63,868 nt of DNA, filler included, from Reclinomonas americana ATCC 50394 (GCA_048213135.1; 16 parts of 16 records of this genome joined end to end with filler, not necessarily neighbours in it); one strand, 5' to 3'; positions 25,053 to 37,922 are shown, numbered from the whole stretch's first letter. Notes: generated by a model not told the origin, from the sequence alone. Translations and numbers: made by a program.

Positions 25053-28000
25053 GGTAATCGCTTCTTATTCGATCCCTGCTATACACCGACTGTGCCACTG
25101 AATTCATCTTACCATGGGCACACGCACAGTCCTGGGTGTTTCGGGTCATGCCTACAGACCACGTCCCACCCACCAGCCAGACGTGTGTTCTCGTGTTGTT
25201 TGTGTGTATGTGTATTGTTGCTGGTGTGCGTCTCACATTTCCCCGGTGTGCAGTTGGCTGTTCCTGTCGTGCGACATCCATTTGTCGTTGCATTGTACGA
25301 GCGACAGCCATCCACGCAACTCGAACTGCCCATGTGTGTGGGCCAAGTGTTCCGCGTGCTGAAGGAAGATGAATCAGGGTGGTGGGTGGTGCAAAACGAA
25401 ACAAGCAACAGGGGCATTGTGCCTCACAACTACATTCGACCAATCGTGCCTGTTGGTGTGTACGGTCTGTTGTGTCATGAGCCTGCGCTCCTTGTCTGTG
25501 CTCACTGTGTCTCTGTTGGTGTGAACAGCGGAGACTCAAGTGCAGGCACAATCAGTCCCGTCACCGAGGAGCAGTACTCCGCGCGCACGCTCAGACTTCC
25601 AAGAGGTATCACTCTGCGTGCTTCTTGTTCTGTCTTAACTGCATGCCAACGCGACGCGCGTCACTCGCAGCTTTTCGTTCCAGAAGAACTGACAGAGACG
25701 CACAGCATTGCTTCTTCCAAAGTTGCGCACTGTGGGCGTAGTCTTTCGGGGACTGCAACTGCTGGATACTTAACGGATGTTATTCGTGTGTACACAAAGG
25801 GCTCTGTGGATGACCCTGCAGTCGAACCGAGCGACGTGGCGGTCACAGTCAATGCATATGGACCACAGCTGAGCGACACTGCTGCAGCTGGTAGCGGCGT
25901 AGTTGCGTCGCTGTGCGATTTGTCACTTTGCGGACACCTGACAGCACTCAAATCGAGTGCGGTGTTGCAGGAGAAGCCAAGTCCAGTGCCATCCTCTCGT
26001 ACGCTGCGTGACGAAACAACGGCTACTGTGGACCGCAACGGTGCACTGCAGATGATTCGCAATGCTACCCCGATGCGAGCTTCAGTCCCGCCGTTTGTTC
26101 CACGACTAGCAATGGGTGGGTATGCGTGATTCCGTGTGGAAGCCGCTTGTTCGTGGTTTCTGATTGTTTTTGTTGTGTAGATCGATTGCATGGTGACTCC
26201 AGCGGAGATGGACATCAAGCAGTTTACCCAATATCTGAAGCGCCGTTGAGTGTTAATTCAGACGCTCAGAACGAGTCCAAGCACGGGTCTCTTCCCAAGT
26301 CAGACAACCGCGACATTTCCACACGAGACGCTCCAGCCGCCGGTGGGCGTCCCGCTGTCGCCGCCGACATATCAGCTGCTGCGCCTGCGGCAGTGACAGC
26401 ACCACCTCACAAGCCGGAGGATCTCCGGCAGTCGACCGGTCCAGCGACAGCGCCCTCAGCTGCTGCGCCTGCGGCAGTGACAGCACCACCTGTAGCTGTC
26501 GATGCAGCTGGTGCTCTGGATGCCATCCGACGTGCATCACCACCGCTACGCAGTCCGATGCCGGAGGATCTCAGGCAGTCGGCTGGTGCTCCAGCAGCGC
26601 CCTCAGCTGCAGCTCCTGCGGCAGTAACGGCACCTCTTCGCAAGCCGGAGGACCTCAGGCAGTCGACTGGTGTTCTGACAGCGCCCTCCGCTGCTGCGCC
26701 TGCAGCAGCGATAGCAACGCCTGCTGTTGTGAATGCAGCTGGCGCACTGGATGCCATTCGACGTGCATCGCCATCACCACGCAGTCCGATGCCGGAGGAC
26801 CTCAGGCATTCGACCGGTGCAGCGACAGCGCCCTCAGCTGCTGCTCCTGTGGCAGTGACAGCACCACCTGCAGTCGTCGACGCGGCTGGCGCACTGGATG
26901 CCATCCAACATGCCTCACCATCACCACGCAATCCGATGCCGGAGGACCTCAGGCATTTGACCGGTGCAGCGACAGCGCCCTCAGCTGCAGCTCACAAGCC
27001 GGAGGATCTCAGGCAGTCGACTGGTGCTCCAGCAACTCCCTCAGGTGCTGCTCCTGTGGCAGTGACACCACCACCTGCTGTTGTGGACGCAGCTGGTGCG
27101 TTGGATGCCATCCGGCGTGCCTCACCATCGCCACGCAGTCCGAAACCAGGAGACAGTGGGCACTCGACCGGTCCAGCGACAGCGCCCTCAGCTGCAGCTC
27201 CTGCGGTAGTGGCAGCACCACCTCACAAGCCGGAGGACCTCAGGCATTCGACCGACGCAGCAGCAGCGCCCTCAGCTGCTGCTCCTGCGGCAGTGACACC
27301 ACCACCTGCTGTTGTGGACGCGGCTGGTGCGCTGGATGCCATCCGACGTGCCTCACCATCTCCACGCAGTCCGAAAGCAGGAGACAGTGGGCACTCGACC
27401 GGTCCAGCGACAGCGCCCTCAGCNNNNNNNNNNNNNNNNNNNNNNNNNNNNNNNNNNNNNNNNNNNNTTAATTAATTAANNNNNNNNNNNNNNNNNNNNN
27501 NNNNNNNNNNNNNNNNNNNNNNNGGAGGATCTCAGGCAGTCGGCTGGTGCAGCAGCAGCGCCCTCAGCTGCCGCTCCTGCGGCAGTGACACCACCACCTG
27601 CTGTTGTAGATGCAGCTGGTGCCCTGGATGCCATCCGACGGGCATCGCCCCCTCCGAGGAGTCCGAAGGCACAACACCCTGCACACGACGGAGTTGCACC
27701 ACTCGTGCAACCAGCTGGTGCTGCTGCTGCCGCCGACGTTGTCGCGCGCGAGAATCACAGTACTTCGCTACATCCACCGTTGGTTGCTGTCGTTCCACCG
27801 TCAGTAGCACCTGGTGATGCAGCCACCCGCGTCCCACCACCGACTCTGCGGAGGCAACCTTCTGACCTGTCGTCGCCACGATCACCGGCATTGGGCGCCT
27901 TCAGCAGTGGCCTCGGACTTTTTGGTGGCTCGCCGGTCGAGGTATCGCATACACGTGCTTGTCTCTATGTGACTTCATTCTGACCTGCTGGTTCTTTGTC

Positions 28001-31000
28001 TCTGCTCTGCGTAGCCGCAAGTCGTCTCTCCCGGCTCAGCCAGTGGCGGGACAGCATCGCCTCGTCGCCCTACAGTTGCGGTGTTGATGCAGTGTATTCT
28101 GACACGAGACCAAGTGCGTCGTATTGCTCACTGGCTGGCAATGCATGATTATCAGCCCGGCTCACGTGCTGCACTGGCCGCCGTTGCTGCTGCCGGCCTC
28201 GGCAACGTCATCGGGCACGCTGCCGCCACTGGTTCACGCGGGAAAGGAAAGAAGCTTGTGCGGACCAAGAGCGAAGTTTCGAAGTCTGTTGGTGCGCCAT
28301 TTTGTGCTGCGACACCTAACAGTCACCTATCCATGTGTACAGGATGCGGGAACGTCGCCGCAGCCGGAGGCTGCTCGCAACACGCGCCACGCTACAACAA
28401 AATCGGTGCGTTGCGACGAACAGTTCCTCTTCCACACCACGCCTACACAAAAAACGCAAGCTTCTAACTGTGTATTGCACTCGTCTCGCAGCTTATCTAC
28501 GACACCCAGCTGCCAACAGAGATAAGGGTTTGGATGTCGTTCCGCTCCTCTAATTCGCGCTCTCATCGTACTCACTCTCGGCCCTTGCGTGCAGACGGAA
28601 AACGAAAATGGCGCCTCAAAAGCGACTTCCGAAGCGCCTGTTGCGTACATAGGACGTGAGAGAGGCTGTGTATAATGCCGGCGCTAACACCCGTTGATGC
28701 GATAGTCTTCGAGACCGTCGGCCTCCGCGTCGACCGTCACTGCCAATGCCGCGGTAAGTCTCGCAACAGCTGGACTGGGTCCAAACAATCACGTTGATTC
28801 GCTCACATGAGTGCACGCAGCCGCCGGAGTCAGCCTCCAGCGCTTCTCGAACTCACAAGCCAACAGCAGTGCGTTGTTAATACCCTACATTCGCTTCTGT
28901 GCTACTGCACCACACTAACCGCATCCTGTTTGCTGCAGTCGGTGGATGCAGACGCAGTTGCGTTATGTGAATTCACAGAACCCTTGAGAGCCGCTTGCAG
29001 CTACTTATTTCAACTGTGGCTAGGCACACCGGGATCACCGAGTGCGAGTCTCGTTCCACCTGGATGCCACACAACCCGCTGCTACCGAAGTGAGAAAAAA
29101 CTCATCTTGCGACACTGCTTCATGCTTCTGTTGCCTCATTGTTTGTGTGCCTTGTAGTCGGAGGCAGAGAAGGATGCGTTGCCAATCCCACCACCATCTA
29201 CAGTCGCCGAGGTTCGTTGCCGTCGGCATTGTTTGGCCCTGTGTGTGAACGACGACCCCCTAAAGATTGCTGCGCGCTGGTGTTTTGTGCGTAGACTGAC
29301 CGTCAGGCCGTACTCCCAACGTCAACACCAGCATTGCTCTTCCGCGATTCACCTGCGGTAAGCTCTGTCATTTTCGTTTCAGCTACTAGTGGGACAACTG
29401 TTGATCAATGCGAAATCACCCAGGCACCGATGGAGAAGGACGACGGTGGCGATGAGGACGTTTCGTGCCGCGGTTGTGCTCTGTTTTGGTCTCCCAAATG
29501 TGTTCGCTGAATATTGCTGATGCATTAGGACTCTGTTCGTGTGTACACTGATAATGACGAGGACGACGAGGCAACCTCGACTGACGACATGGTGCGTGCT
29601 GCTAGCGACGCACAACTAACTGTTCACGGCAACGAAATTAACCAGCACGTCTTGCACAGCGCTCTGAAGCCTCGTCCCGTAACAAGCACGTGGTGTCTGT
29701 GGATCCTGTTCCTGTTGCGGTTCGCTCATTGTTTCTGCTGCCCATTCGCCTACATTCATCGCTTACGATACGGCCTGTGCAGCATTCCTCCGTGTCAGCT
29801 CCTCCAAGCAGAGTGGTTTGTGTATCCTGCTGTCTGCGTGTGTGCGTGTGTGTTGGATCTTCCGGCATTCACTGCTACTACGCAGCCGTCGCCGCCACCT
29901 CGCTCCGTTCATCCGCCATCCCCGCCCGTGCGTTGTTGCAATCAGTGTGCATTTTGATTGGGTCAGTGTGTGACGTGGAAGTTGCTGAATGCAGACAACG
30001 GCGCACGGTCCTCCACCACATGTTCAAGAAACACCGATTGTGGTTGTGGAACCCGTGTCGGCTGCACGGGTTGCCGATCATGTCCCAGACAGCATCAGTG
30101 CCGTGGTCCACGAAGCGCACCACGAGCCTCAATCGACAGACGCTAACGGTACTCGACCGGAAACACCGCCTCCTGCAGTACACGCGATCAAGGAGGAGGT
30201 GGCTGCAAAAGAGAGCGCACCGCCAGAGGTGAGCGGAGTGCGTCATTTTGCTGAACGTCGCGCGTATGTTCGTCGGTATGCTCAACATGCAACTGTGTAG
30301 CCGGTGGTGATGTTGGCTCCTGGCGATGTTGTCGCCGTGTACGAAGGAGACCGACTCGACCGAGACGCTTCACAGCCGGAGGCCCTCGGCGGTGCACTTG
30401 TGGTGCTTGATATGCTCGCAAACAGTATGTGGATTCGCACGCACCGCCTGTGCTGACCGATGGATTGCTCACCGCCGAGTGTACCGCAGGTGGACGACGG
30501 GTTCTCGTTGGTGCGTCTGATGGCGAGCTGGTTGATCGAGTTCGAGTGCGCCATCACGGTCCAGCCGCCAATTTGATGGGGTGCTTGGTTACTGCGGAGG
30601 GGTGCACGGAAGGAATCGGTCGTGTGTACGAGCCCGCCCACCATGTGCACCCACAACTCGTGTGCGGTCGCATCATTCACGTACACGCCAGCGACGAGGA
30701 CGAGTTGCCAGCCCGTGCGGTACGTGGCCGGAAGGGCTTCTCCTTCCTGGCCGCCACGTCGTTGTTCACATCGAGTATTTCTACGTATGTGTGGCGCAGG
30801 AATTGGAGCGTGTGTCGATAGTGTCCGCAATTGCGATGCTCAGTCTGGAGCCACCACCCGGTGCGTCAGCTTGGACCACGCGTGTGCATGTTCATGTATT
30901 TTGTGTGTGTGTGTTTTGCTTCATGCTGACATTGCCAGTGTAGCGCCGTTCTCTCGCGATTGCGTGGTGGGAGCGTATCCGTTCCCACCTCGCTGGCTCT

Positions 31001-33494
31001 ATCCGAGCCACGGAGCCGCTCTGAGTGAGGTCTTGGCCGTGCTTCGAGAGGAACTGCGCAGTTGCATGTCCAGTCACTTTCGTGTTGGTCCTTGCGTACC
31101 GTTGACCTCACCGTGTGCACGCACACCCTGCAGCACCGTCTCCTGGATGCTTTGTTGTTATTGAGGGTCCCGAAGGCGTGGGCAAGAGCAGTTGTGCTGC
31201 GGCATTGCAGGTGGCGTGTCATCTGCGATCCGCTGATCTGAGTCTCGTAACCTCACCACTGCCGGTACTCAGGTGGCACTCTCCGGACCACCATTTAATG
31301 TCCTTGGACCCGTCACCAGCGTGGATCTGACCGATGCACTGACACACGAGTCGGCAGAGTCCATGTCGCTGTCGACTGTTGTCGCACATCTGCATGGACT
31401 GTACGATCGTACGGTCTCCAGTCATGTCATGTCAAGAGATGCCGATTTGGCCTCGCGTATCGACGCTCTTGACGACGAATTGTACGCATTGCTACCGAAT
31501 CGACGCAAGTTGCTCCTCCTGGAGAATGTGACGGACGTGGCGCAACTGGCGTCGTTTCTGCCCCGTGTCCACCTTTCGCAAGGTAAGCTGCATGCGTTAT
31601 GCATGTGTTGCGTGCGATACTCACATGGATGTCTGCCGTTGCGTAGCACAATCATACGGCCCGGTGGTTGTGGTCACCACCAGGCAGATGCTCGGTGAGC
31701 AGGTGCGACTGATGTTCCCTTTGATGCGCACGGTCGTGTTGCCGCTCGGCTTTCTGGACGAGGGCGATGTTTCGTTTTTCTTGGAGAAGACTGGCTCCTC
31801 CGAGGCCATGCGAGCAGCAGCCGATGTGTGCATCAACAGATCGGCGCTGGAATTGGCCTTGGCCAACTGGTAGACTCTCCTCCAGTCGTCGTGTGTGTGC
31901 ATCCACGGCGCGACAACAACTTACGGGTACTTTTTGCGTGCAGGACGTTGCAGAGAGCGCCGAATGTTACAGACGTTCGAGCGCAAGTCATGATGGGTCG
32001 AGATGCAACCAGTATTCTCGACNNNNNNNNNNNNNNNNNNNNNNNNNNNNNNNNNNNNNNNNNNNNTTAATTAATTAANNNNNNNNNNNNNNNNNNNNNN
32101 NNNNNNNNNNNNNNNNNNNNNNCTGTTGCAAGCAGCGACATCTCACCTCTGTTGCATTGCTCCACGTCTGCAGCCTGGCATCGTTGGCAGACATGCCCAG
32201 TGTTTCATTCGCTATGCTGGTGGAACTGTTGCCGCTGGTTCCCGACCCGCGACACGGTGGTACCCTGCCATTGGGCACCAGCGCTGCGCTCGCCAGCAAG
32301 GGCTTGATCGACGGAAGAGCGCCGGTCGCCTCTTCACGTGTGGATTCGAGTGCGTTGACCGAGGCCCTGACGCCACTTGTGCAACTGGGGCTGGTGCAGT
32401 GCACGGCCATGGAGAGTGCCGCCGGTGTTTGCTTGGCATCTCCCCGGCACGGCCGCGTCACGCGACATTCGACGTACACGTTGCATCGCATGTGGAGTGT
32501 GCATCTGCAGCAGCGTCTGCGACGACTGTGCCTGAGTGTGCGTGCATCGTGTTGCCGCGTGTTTGTTCGATGGGTCGAACAACTCGCATCACCGTTGCCG
32601 TGGGTTGAGCACTCTCGGTTGCTGCCACATCTGGACTTTGTGTGGCGGCAGTTCGAGGTCGGCGAGCTGCAATCGGCAGTGTGTCGTACGTTGAGCACTG
32701 ATGAGTTGCAGCGCTTTGTGGAGGCGTTTTGTTGCCTGGCCGAGGATGTGCCGCCTGTGTACGAAGCGCACGCTGCGCGCTTCATCCGCCTTCTGCACAC
32801 TGAGGAGCGCACACGGAGAAATGCGGCCACTCCACCCACCGGACTGTTTGGCAGCCAGCTCCCACGTCTGTACAGACTAGCACGCATGGTTCCTCCGCCA
32901 CAGCCAACAACGACAGCGGCTGCCGGTGGGAGTGGTGGTGGTGGTGGTGGTGGCCATGGGGGTGGCGTGTTGAGCGGCACATCACCATCGACACGGCACA
33001 CCACTACTCAGGCGCTGCTGAACCAAGTGGGTGCCACGGGGAGCACGCTGTCGGGCGCCCCCATTGTTCCTTCACACAGTGCGCTACTGTATGTGGAGCA
33101 GCAGCAACAGCAGCAGGCGGCAGCAGCGGCACAGCGCGGAAGCGCATCGCCGACGCCAACTGCGCCACCGCCGCTCGAGCTCTCCACAGCATCGGCGTTG
33201 GACACCTCGGCCGAGTTGGCGCGATGCGAACTGTACGCCAGTGCATTGCAGCACGCCAAAGAGGTGATGGCGGAGAGTCGCTTGCTGGCGAATGATCTCA
33301 ACCACGTCTCCTTCGGCGTGTCGGTGCTGGAGTCTGTGGTCGCTGGACAAATGGCACAAGCCCTCGCATTGTTGGCTGGCTACTTGGAGGTACTGCCCTC
33401 GCACTTCCATGGCGGCGCGCCCCCTGTCGGTGTCCGTTTCCTTCGTCAACTGTACGAGGCGCTGGCTCGCACTCACCAGCGAAAAAAACTGTAA
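23255..33494 (+). CDS. Multi-exon STAND protein: NACHT - SH3 - Pro/Ala repeats - NB-ARC-like NTPase - winged helix - helical C-terminus (5' incomplete; spans two linkers)
   Basis: First module: GTLGCGKT and IIVDGYDE. Then an SH3 domain. Second module: GPEGVGKS, LLLLENV, VVVTTRQ, YTLHR. The same repeat units flank linker 27424, and winged-helix sequence continues after linker 32023. Stop TAA at 33492-33494, AATAAA at 33512. Confidence 0.72.
25280..25445 (+). other. SH3 domain
   Basis: VVALYE...ELPMCVGQVFRVLKEDESGWWVVQNETSNRGIVPHNYI carries the ALY, EL, GWW and GxxPxNY signatures. Confidence 0.9.
26361..27670 (+). repeat. Coding tandem repeat: modules PEDLR[QH]STG..APSAAAPAAVT and AAGALDAIRRASPSPRSP
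   Basis: Six visible GALDAI copies (~26514, 26741, 26888, 27096, 27326, 27618). The frame stays open, and the assembly breaks inside the array. Confidence 0.9.
31134..32520 (+). other. Second STAND module (NB-ARC-like NTPase plus winged helix)
   Basis: FVVIEGPEGVGKS (P-loop 31166-31189), RKLLLLENVTDVAQLASFLP, VVVVTTRQ, LGFLDEGD, ALTPLVQLGLVQ...YTLHRMW. Confidence 0.78.
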
Positions 33495-33938
33495 TACCGC
33501 GTCAAGCATGTAATAAAGTCGTGTGCTGTGTAATGAACATGCTGTTACACATGATAGAAACCCCACTTCGGGTTGGGGACTGTACTTGTGGACCGAGCAA
33601 CAAAGTTACATACCACCATTCGTACTCGAACACTGCATGTTGTGTCTAGCCAAAGAAGGTCAGGTCAGATCCAACGAAAAGTAGCCGAACTTTTCCGGCT
33701 GGCGCACCTGCGCAGCGAAATCAGCGATTTTGTGCTCGACAATTTTCACTGTCGAGTTGTACAAGTCCACCGACTGTTGTATTAAGGTCTACAAAGCTTG
33801 GACCTGTGGTTCAGTAGGTACATGAACATGGGCAGCCTGCCGGCTGGCGCTGGAAACGCACCCGACAAGCGCTGCAGAAACCTGCCGGATCTCGCGTGTC
33901 CGACGGGTCGACCGATTTTTATCGAATCATCGTGCATC

Positions 33939-34504
33939 ATGGGCGCCGGCAAGAAGAAGAAGGAGGTGTGTTGACGATCTTGTTGTGTGCTGCATGTGGC
34001 GGATTGCGTCTCAGATGCATCACTACGCCTTTGGCGTTCTCCCTGTCGCGTTCTGTGTCGTGTGTGTCGTGTGTGTTTTGATGTGGCATGACCACCCTTC
34101 TCCTCGTTCTCCTCCGCCTGTCTCACGTACCACAACAGGGCGAGACTCCGGGTGCACCAGCGCCAGCGGCTCCCGTGGGATCGTCGTCTCACCGCTCAGC
34201 GGCGGGACCGTCGTCGGAGCCTGCGCTGTTCACGGCGCGCGATGCCGTCGAGTGCATTGTCAAGGCGTTCCTGACGGGTCTTCTCACTGGTGCGGGATCG
34301 GTGTTGGGTGCCACGGTGATGCGATGGGCTCTGGCCGACAAGTTTAGCACTGCGTCGCCCCCTGCGTCGCCGCCAGCATCACCACCGGCCTCGCCTCCGC
34401 CCTCACCTCGTGGCGGCGAATCCTCCGCAGCACCGCCACCGTCATCCTCATCGTCCTCGTCAACTACCACCACCACCACACGGACTGCCGCTGCACCCAA
34501 GTGA
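33939..34504 (+). CDS. Small two-exon protein with one Gly-rich hydrophobic segment and a Pro/Ser/Thr tail
   Basis: MGAGKKKKE, intron 33966-34138, then GETPG...IVKAFLTGLLTGAGSVLGATVMRW. An in-frame upstream ATG near 33822 is also possible. Confidence 0.55.
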
Positions 34505-34602
34505 CAACCGCACGCAGTGTGGCTGGCCACCACCGGCGCTGACTGCAATGAACAATCACAACAAAAAACACGCGCCTGATGATGACGGATCTCTTTTCTG
34601 TT

Positions 34603-37600
34603 TTACACTTCTGTGCGCCGTGGCGATGGAGGTAGTGGATGGAATGGTGAGGCAGGCGAGTGCACGAGTGGAGGAGCCGATGGATGCGGTTGGGCAGTGG
34701 CGACCGGGTCAGTGGTCGACGTGGGCGAGTGCGGTCGCGATGACTGCGTGCTGCTGTGGATGCTGCTGCCGCCGGAGCCGCCAGCAGCGCGCTCACGACG
34801 CAGTTTTTGGAGTTTTCCCATGCGTGCCACCAGCTGCGCCCGCGAGGCTGTCGGGTCTGACGAGCCGGGCGACAAGTCGGCGCCCACCAGCGACGCCTGT
34901 GTTGTTTGTATTCAGACGACGGAAGCTCACGCTTCGATGTCCATCATCACGTACCGCCAGTGCCGCTGCCGGCGCCACAAGTCGCGGCGACGACAGAGGA
35001 GCTGAGAATGTGCTACCGGTGCCACCGAGGCCGAGACCGCCACCGCCGTTCTCTGCGGCGTTGCGCAGCGCTGCTGCTTTCCGATCCAACTCCATTGCTC
35101 GTTCAGTCTGCAATCTTTCGCGTCTCTCCACCGCCTCCTCGCGGCGAGCGAGCTGAGGCACGAGGCAGGTGGTCGACGACGATCAGGCACGTTGCGCACG
35201 AGGGGTGGAGCGACGAGTGGTACATGCACGTAACTGCCTCGGTTTTCACCACCAGGTCGTTTTTCGATATCTCCAGCTGGTTGGTCAACAGCTCCACTTC
35301 GCGTTGTCGTCGTGTCAACTCCGCAAAGACAACCTCACGCTCGGAGAGTACCTGTCGCTGCCGCATGATTTCCTTCTCTTGCTCACGCAGCTGGAGAGCA
35401 GTAACAACATGAGTAGGCAGGCATCCGGGGAAAAACGCGCACACAAACATCAAGCCCACCGTGGTTGCAAGCTGCTCCAACTCGGTGCTCTGTTTGTTCA
35501 GCTGCGCAGAGCGCGCGTCAAGCTGCTGCTTGGCGACTGCTGAGCGGCTTTCTGCTGATTGCACGTCGGCTAGTCGTTGGCGCAACGCTGCTTCTTGTCG
35601 CTCCAGTGCATGTGCACGCGCGTCGTGCAGTTCCCACGACGTAGAGACGTCCTTTTCTGCCTCTGCCACCTGCAAGTTGAACTGAGAAGACGTGGTGGTG
35701 GTGGTGGTGGTAGTGGGGGTGGGGTAAAAACCGACCTTGGCAGACCGAATGTCGAGTGCCGCCGCGGCATGTCGTAGCGTCTCCTCGCGCTGCTCCAGTT
35801 CCACTTGACGAGACTTCACCTCGGTCTCCATCGTTGACGCCTGTGTGTGTGTGTGTGACGGGAATAAATCAGCCCTTGCATACTTCGGCTCGCGGCAAGT
35901 CAGCACGCAGTACCGCTTGCATCCGCGTGAGCACGTCCTGATGGTCGGATCCCAGCGAATGTGCCAGCGGCCGTACCTGTCGCTCACGCTCCGCAACACG
36001 CTTTTCACGCCCTTCAACCTGCAGCAGACGAGAGAGTATACAGGTTGAGGAATGAGTGAGAGGCAATGGGGGCGCCGACATCACGTCTTCGTACCTCCAG
36101 CATTCGTTGCGTGGTGGACTTCTCGGTCAGCTCGCTCGCGTACTCCCGTGCGCGAACAGTGGCCTCCCGCTCGGCCACCACTGCTTCTCGTTGCTGGCAC
36201 TCACTCTCTCGCTTCTCGACTTGGTGGAGACGCGCCTGTAGTGCGGTGAGCAGCTGGTCGGCGTGCTCCTTTTGTTGCGCCACATGGCGGCCACGCTTGG
36301 AGAGCTCGCCGAGAATGTCTTCCACTGCGCGCACTGCGTCCGACTGCCCAATTCACCACACAGTCAACGCGCGACGACTCTTACACAGTGCCCCATGCGA
36401 TCAACGACAAGCACACGGAACTCGAGTTTGGGCCGAGTACCGAGGAGACACGGGATCTGGCGGTCGGCTGGTCGGTGTAGCCAGTGCGCCCGTCGTTGGC
36501 GGCACTGGTGCGGAAACAAACAAGAAAACGACGTTAACAGAGACAACAGGGAGCATGACGCCACACATGCACATGCACGAGGCGCAACTGTTGGCCTGTG
36601 CCGCCAAGCCACCAGTGTCCGAGTACGAGAGGAGCGACTCCAGCGTTGAGCGAGTACCACGCAGTTCGCGCTCCATGGCTTGCACCTGAACGCACACACA
36701 CCCGCACACACCGTGTGAGCCGCATGTACGACATGCCACGCACAAGCAAGCACATACCGTGGCCTGCAGGGTCACTACGTCTGTTTCAAAGTTGTCGAGC
36801 TCCTGCTTCCTGGCGTTGAGTTCGTCCTCAGCCACACGCACGGCACGCTCCCGTTGCTCCACGCGCACGGCGGTCTCCGTCAACTCGGCCAGCTGCTTCT
36901 CCAGCTGCTCGTGCAACTCTCGCAGCATGTCATACTCCATCGAAGCGACGCCACTGGATCGCGACAGTTCTGCATCACGCGGCATGCGCGTGCGAAGGTC
37001 GATGATATCGCGGATCCACACAGGCGGCTCCGCTTCGGAAGGATCTCTTGGCGCCGACGGCACCGCTGCTGCTGCTGCTGCCGCCGCCGCGGCAGTCGCA
37101 TCCAACCGCAGTGGAGGCACGCGCACAGCCGCAATCTGTGAAGACGGCAGCAACTCATCGCCGAGGACTGCACAAAAGTGAGCGCGGTGATCAACACAGA
37201 ATCAGCAAGGCTGCTCAGCCGACACACACGAACCCGACGGTGGCCGACTGAACGCCAGCTCCGCAGGCGACACTCGTCCAGACGATCCACCAGAGAGCGG
37301 TACTATGGCGGGCGACTGTTGCTGTGCCGCTGCAGCATTGGACAAGCCCGCCGGCTGACCACCACTCACGGTGAGGCGCGGANNNNNNNNNNNNNNNNNN
37401 NNNNNNNNNNNNNNNNNNNNNNNNNNTTAATTAATTAANNNNNNNNNNNNNNNNNNNNNNNNNNNNNNNNNNNNNNNNNNNNAATTGCTGTTGTTGTTGT
37501 TGTTGCAATCGCAGGGCGCGCTGCTGGTGATCGTAATGCCTCCGCTCTCGTGGCGACACCAACACTGTCGGCATCTTCGAGGAGGCGGTGGCGGACGGTA

Positions 37601-37721
37601 ATGAGAACGAAGGAGAAGAGGAGGACACAAAGCGCGGTGTCAGCCAGGTGAGCGACACGCTCGAGGCGGCCGGTGCGGCTGGGGCTTGATGCCGTGGAGG
37701 CGAGTACACGGGTACTGACAT
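34603..37721 (-). CDS. Multi-exon coiled-coil protein, unknown function (probably spans linker 37383)
   Basis: E/R/Q/L heptad-rich exons (LRELHEQLEKQLAEL, LREQEKEIMRQRQ, LARREEAVERRERLQ) joined by GT-AG introns. Candidate ATG at 37721 with polyQ before the gap. Confidence 0.7.
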
Positions 37722-37922
37722 GCAAGCACAGAGATACACACACAGAGAGAGAAAGAGACAAGGAAACAGACACACACTAAGAGAGGAGCGTAGGTGCACA
37801 CCCACGCGCGCGGCACAGAGTGTGTGCGTGGGCGTTGTATGTGTGTGTCAGCGAGTGCGCGTGCGGTCCACCAATCGACGAAAGAGGGACCTCTCCTTCT
37901 ATTCCATCGTCATGAGAGCAGC

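Noticed and set aside
26361..27670. Regularly spaced repeats as a CRISPR array
   Set aside because: The intervening sequences are themselves repeats, variation is codon-like in an open frame, and no cas genes are present.
30301..30720. Second SH3 domain (PGDVVAVYE; HASDEDEL)
   Set aside because: Only partial resemblance, with no WW or GxxPxxY motif in a compatible frame.
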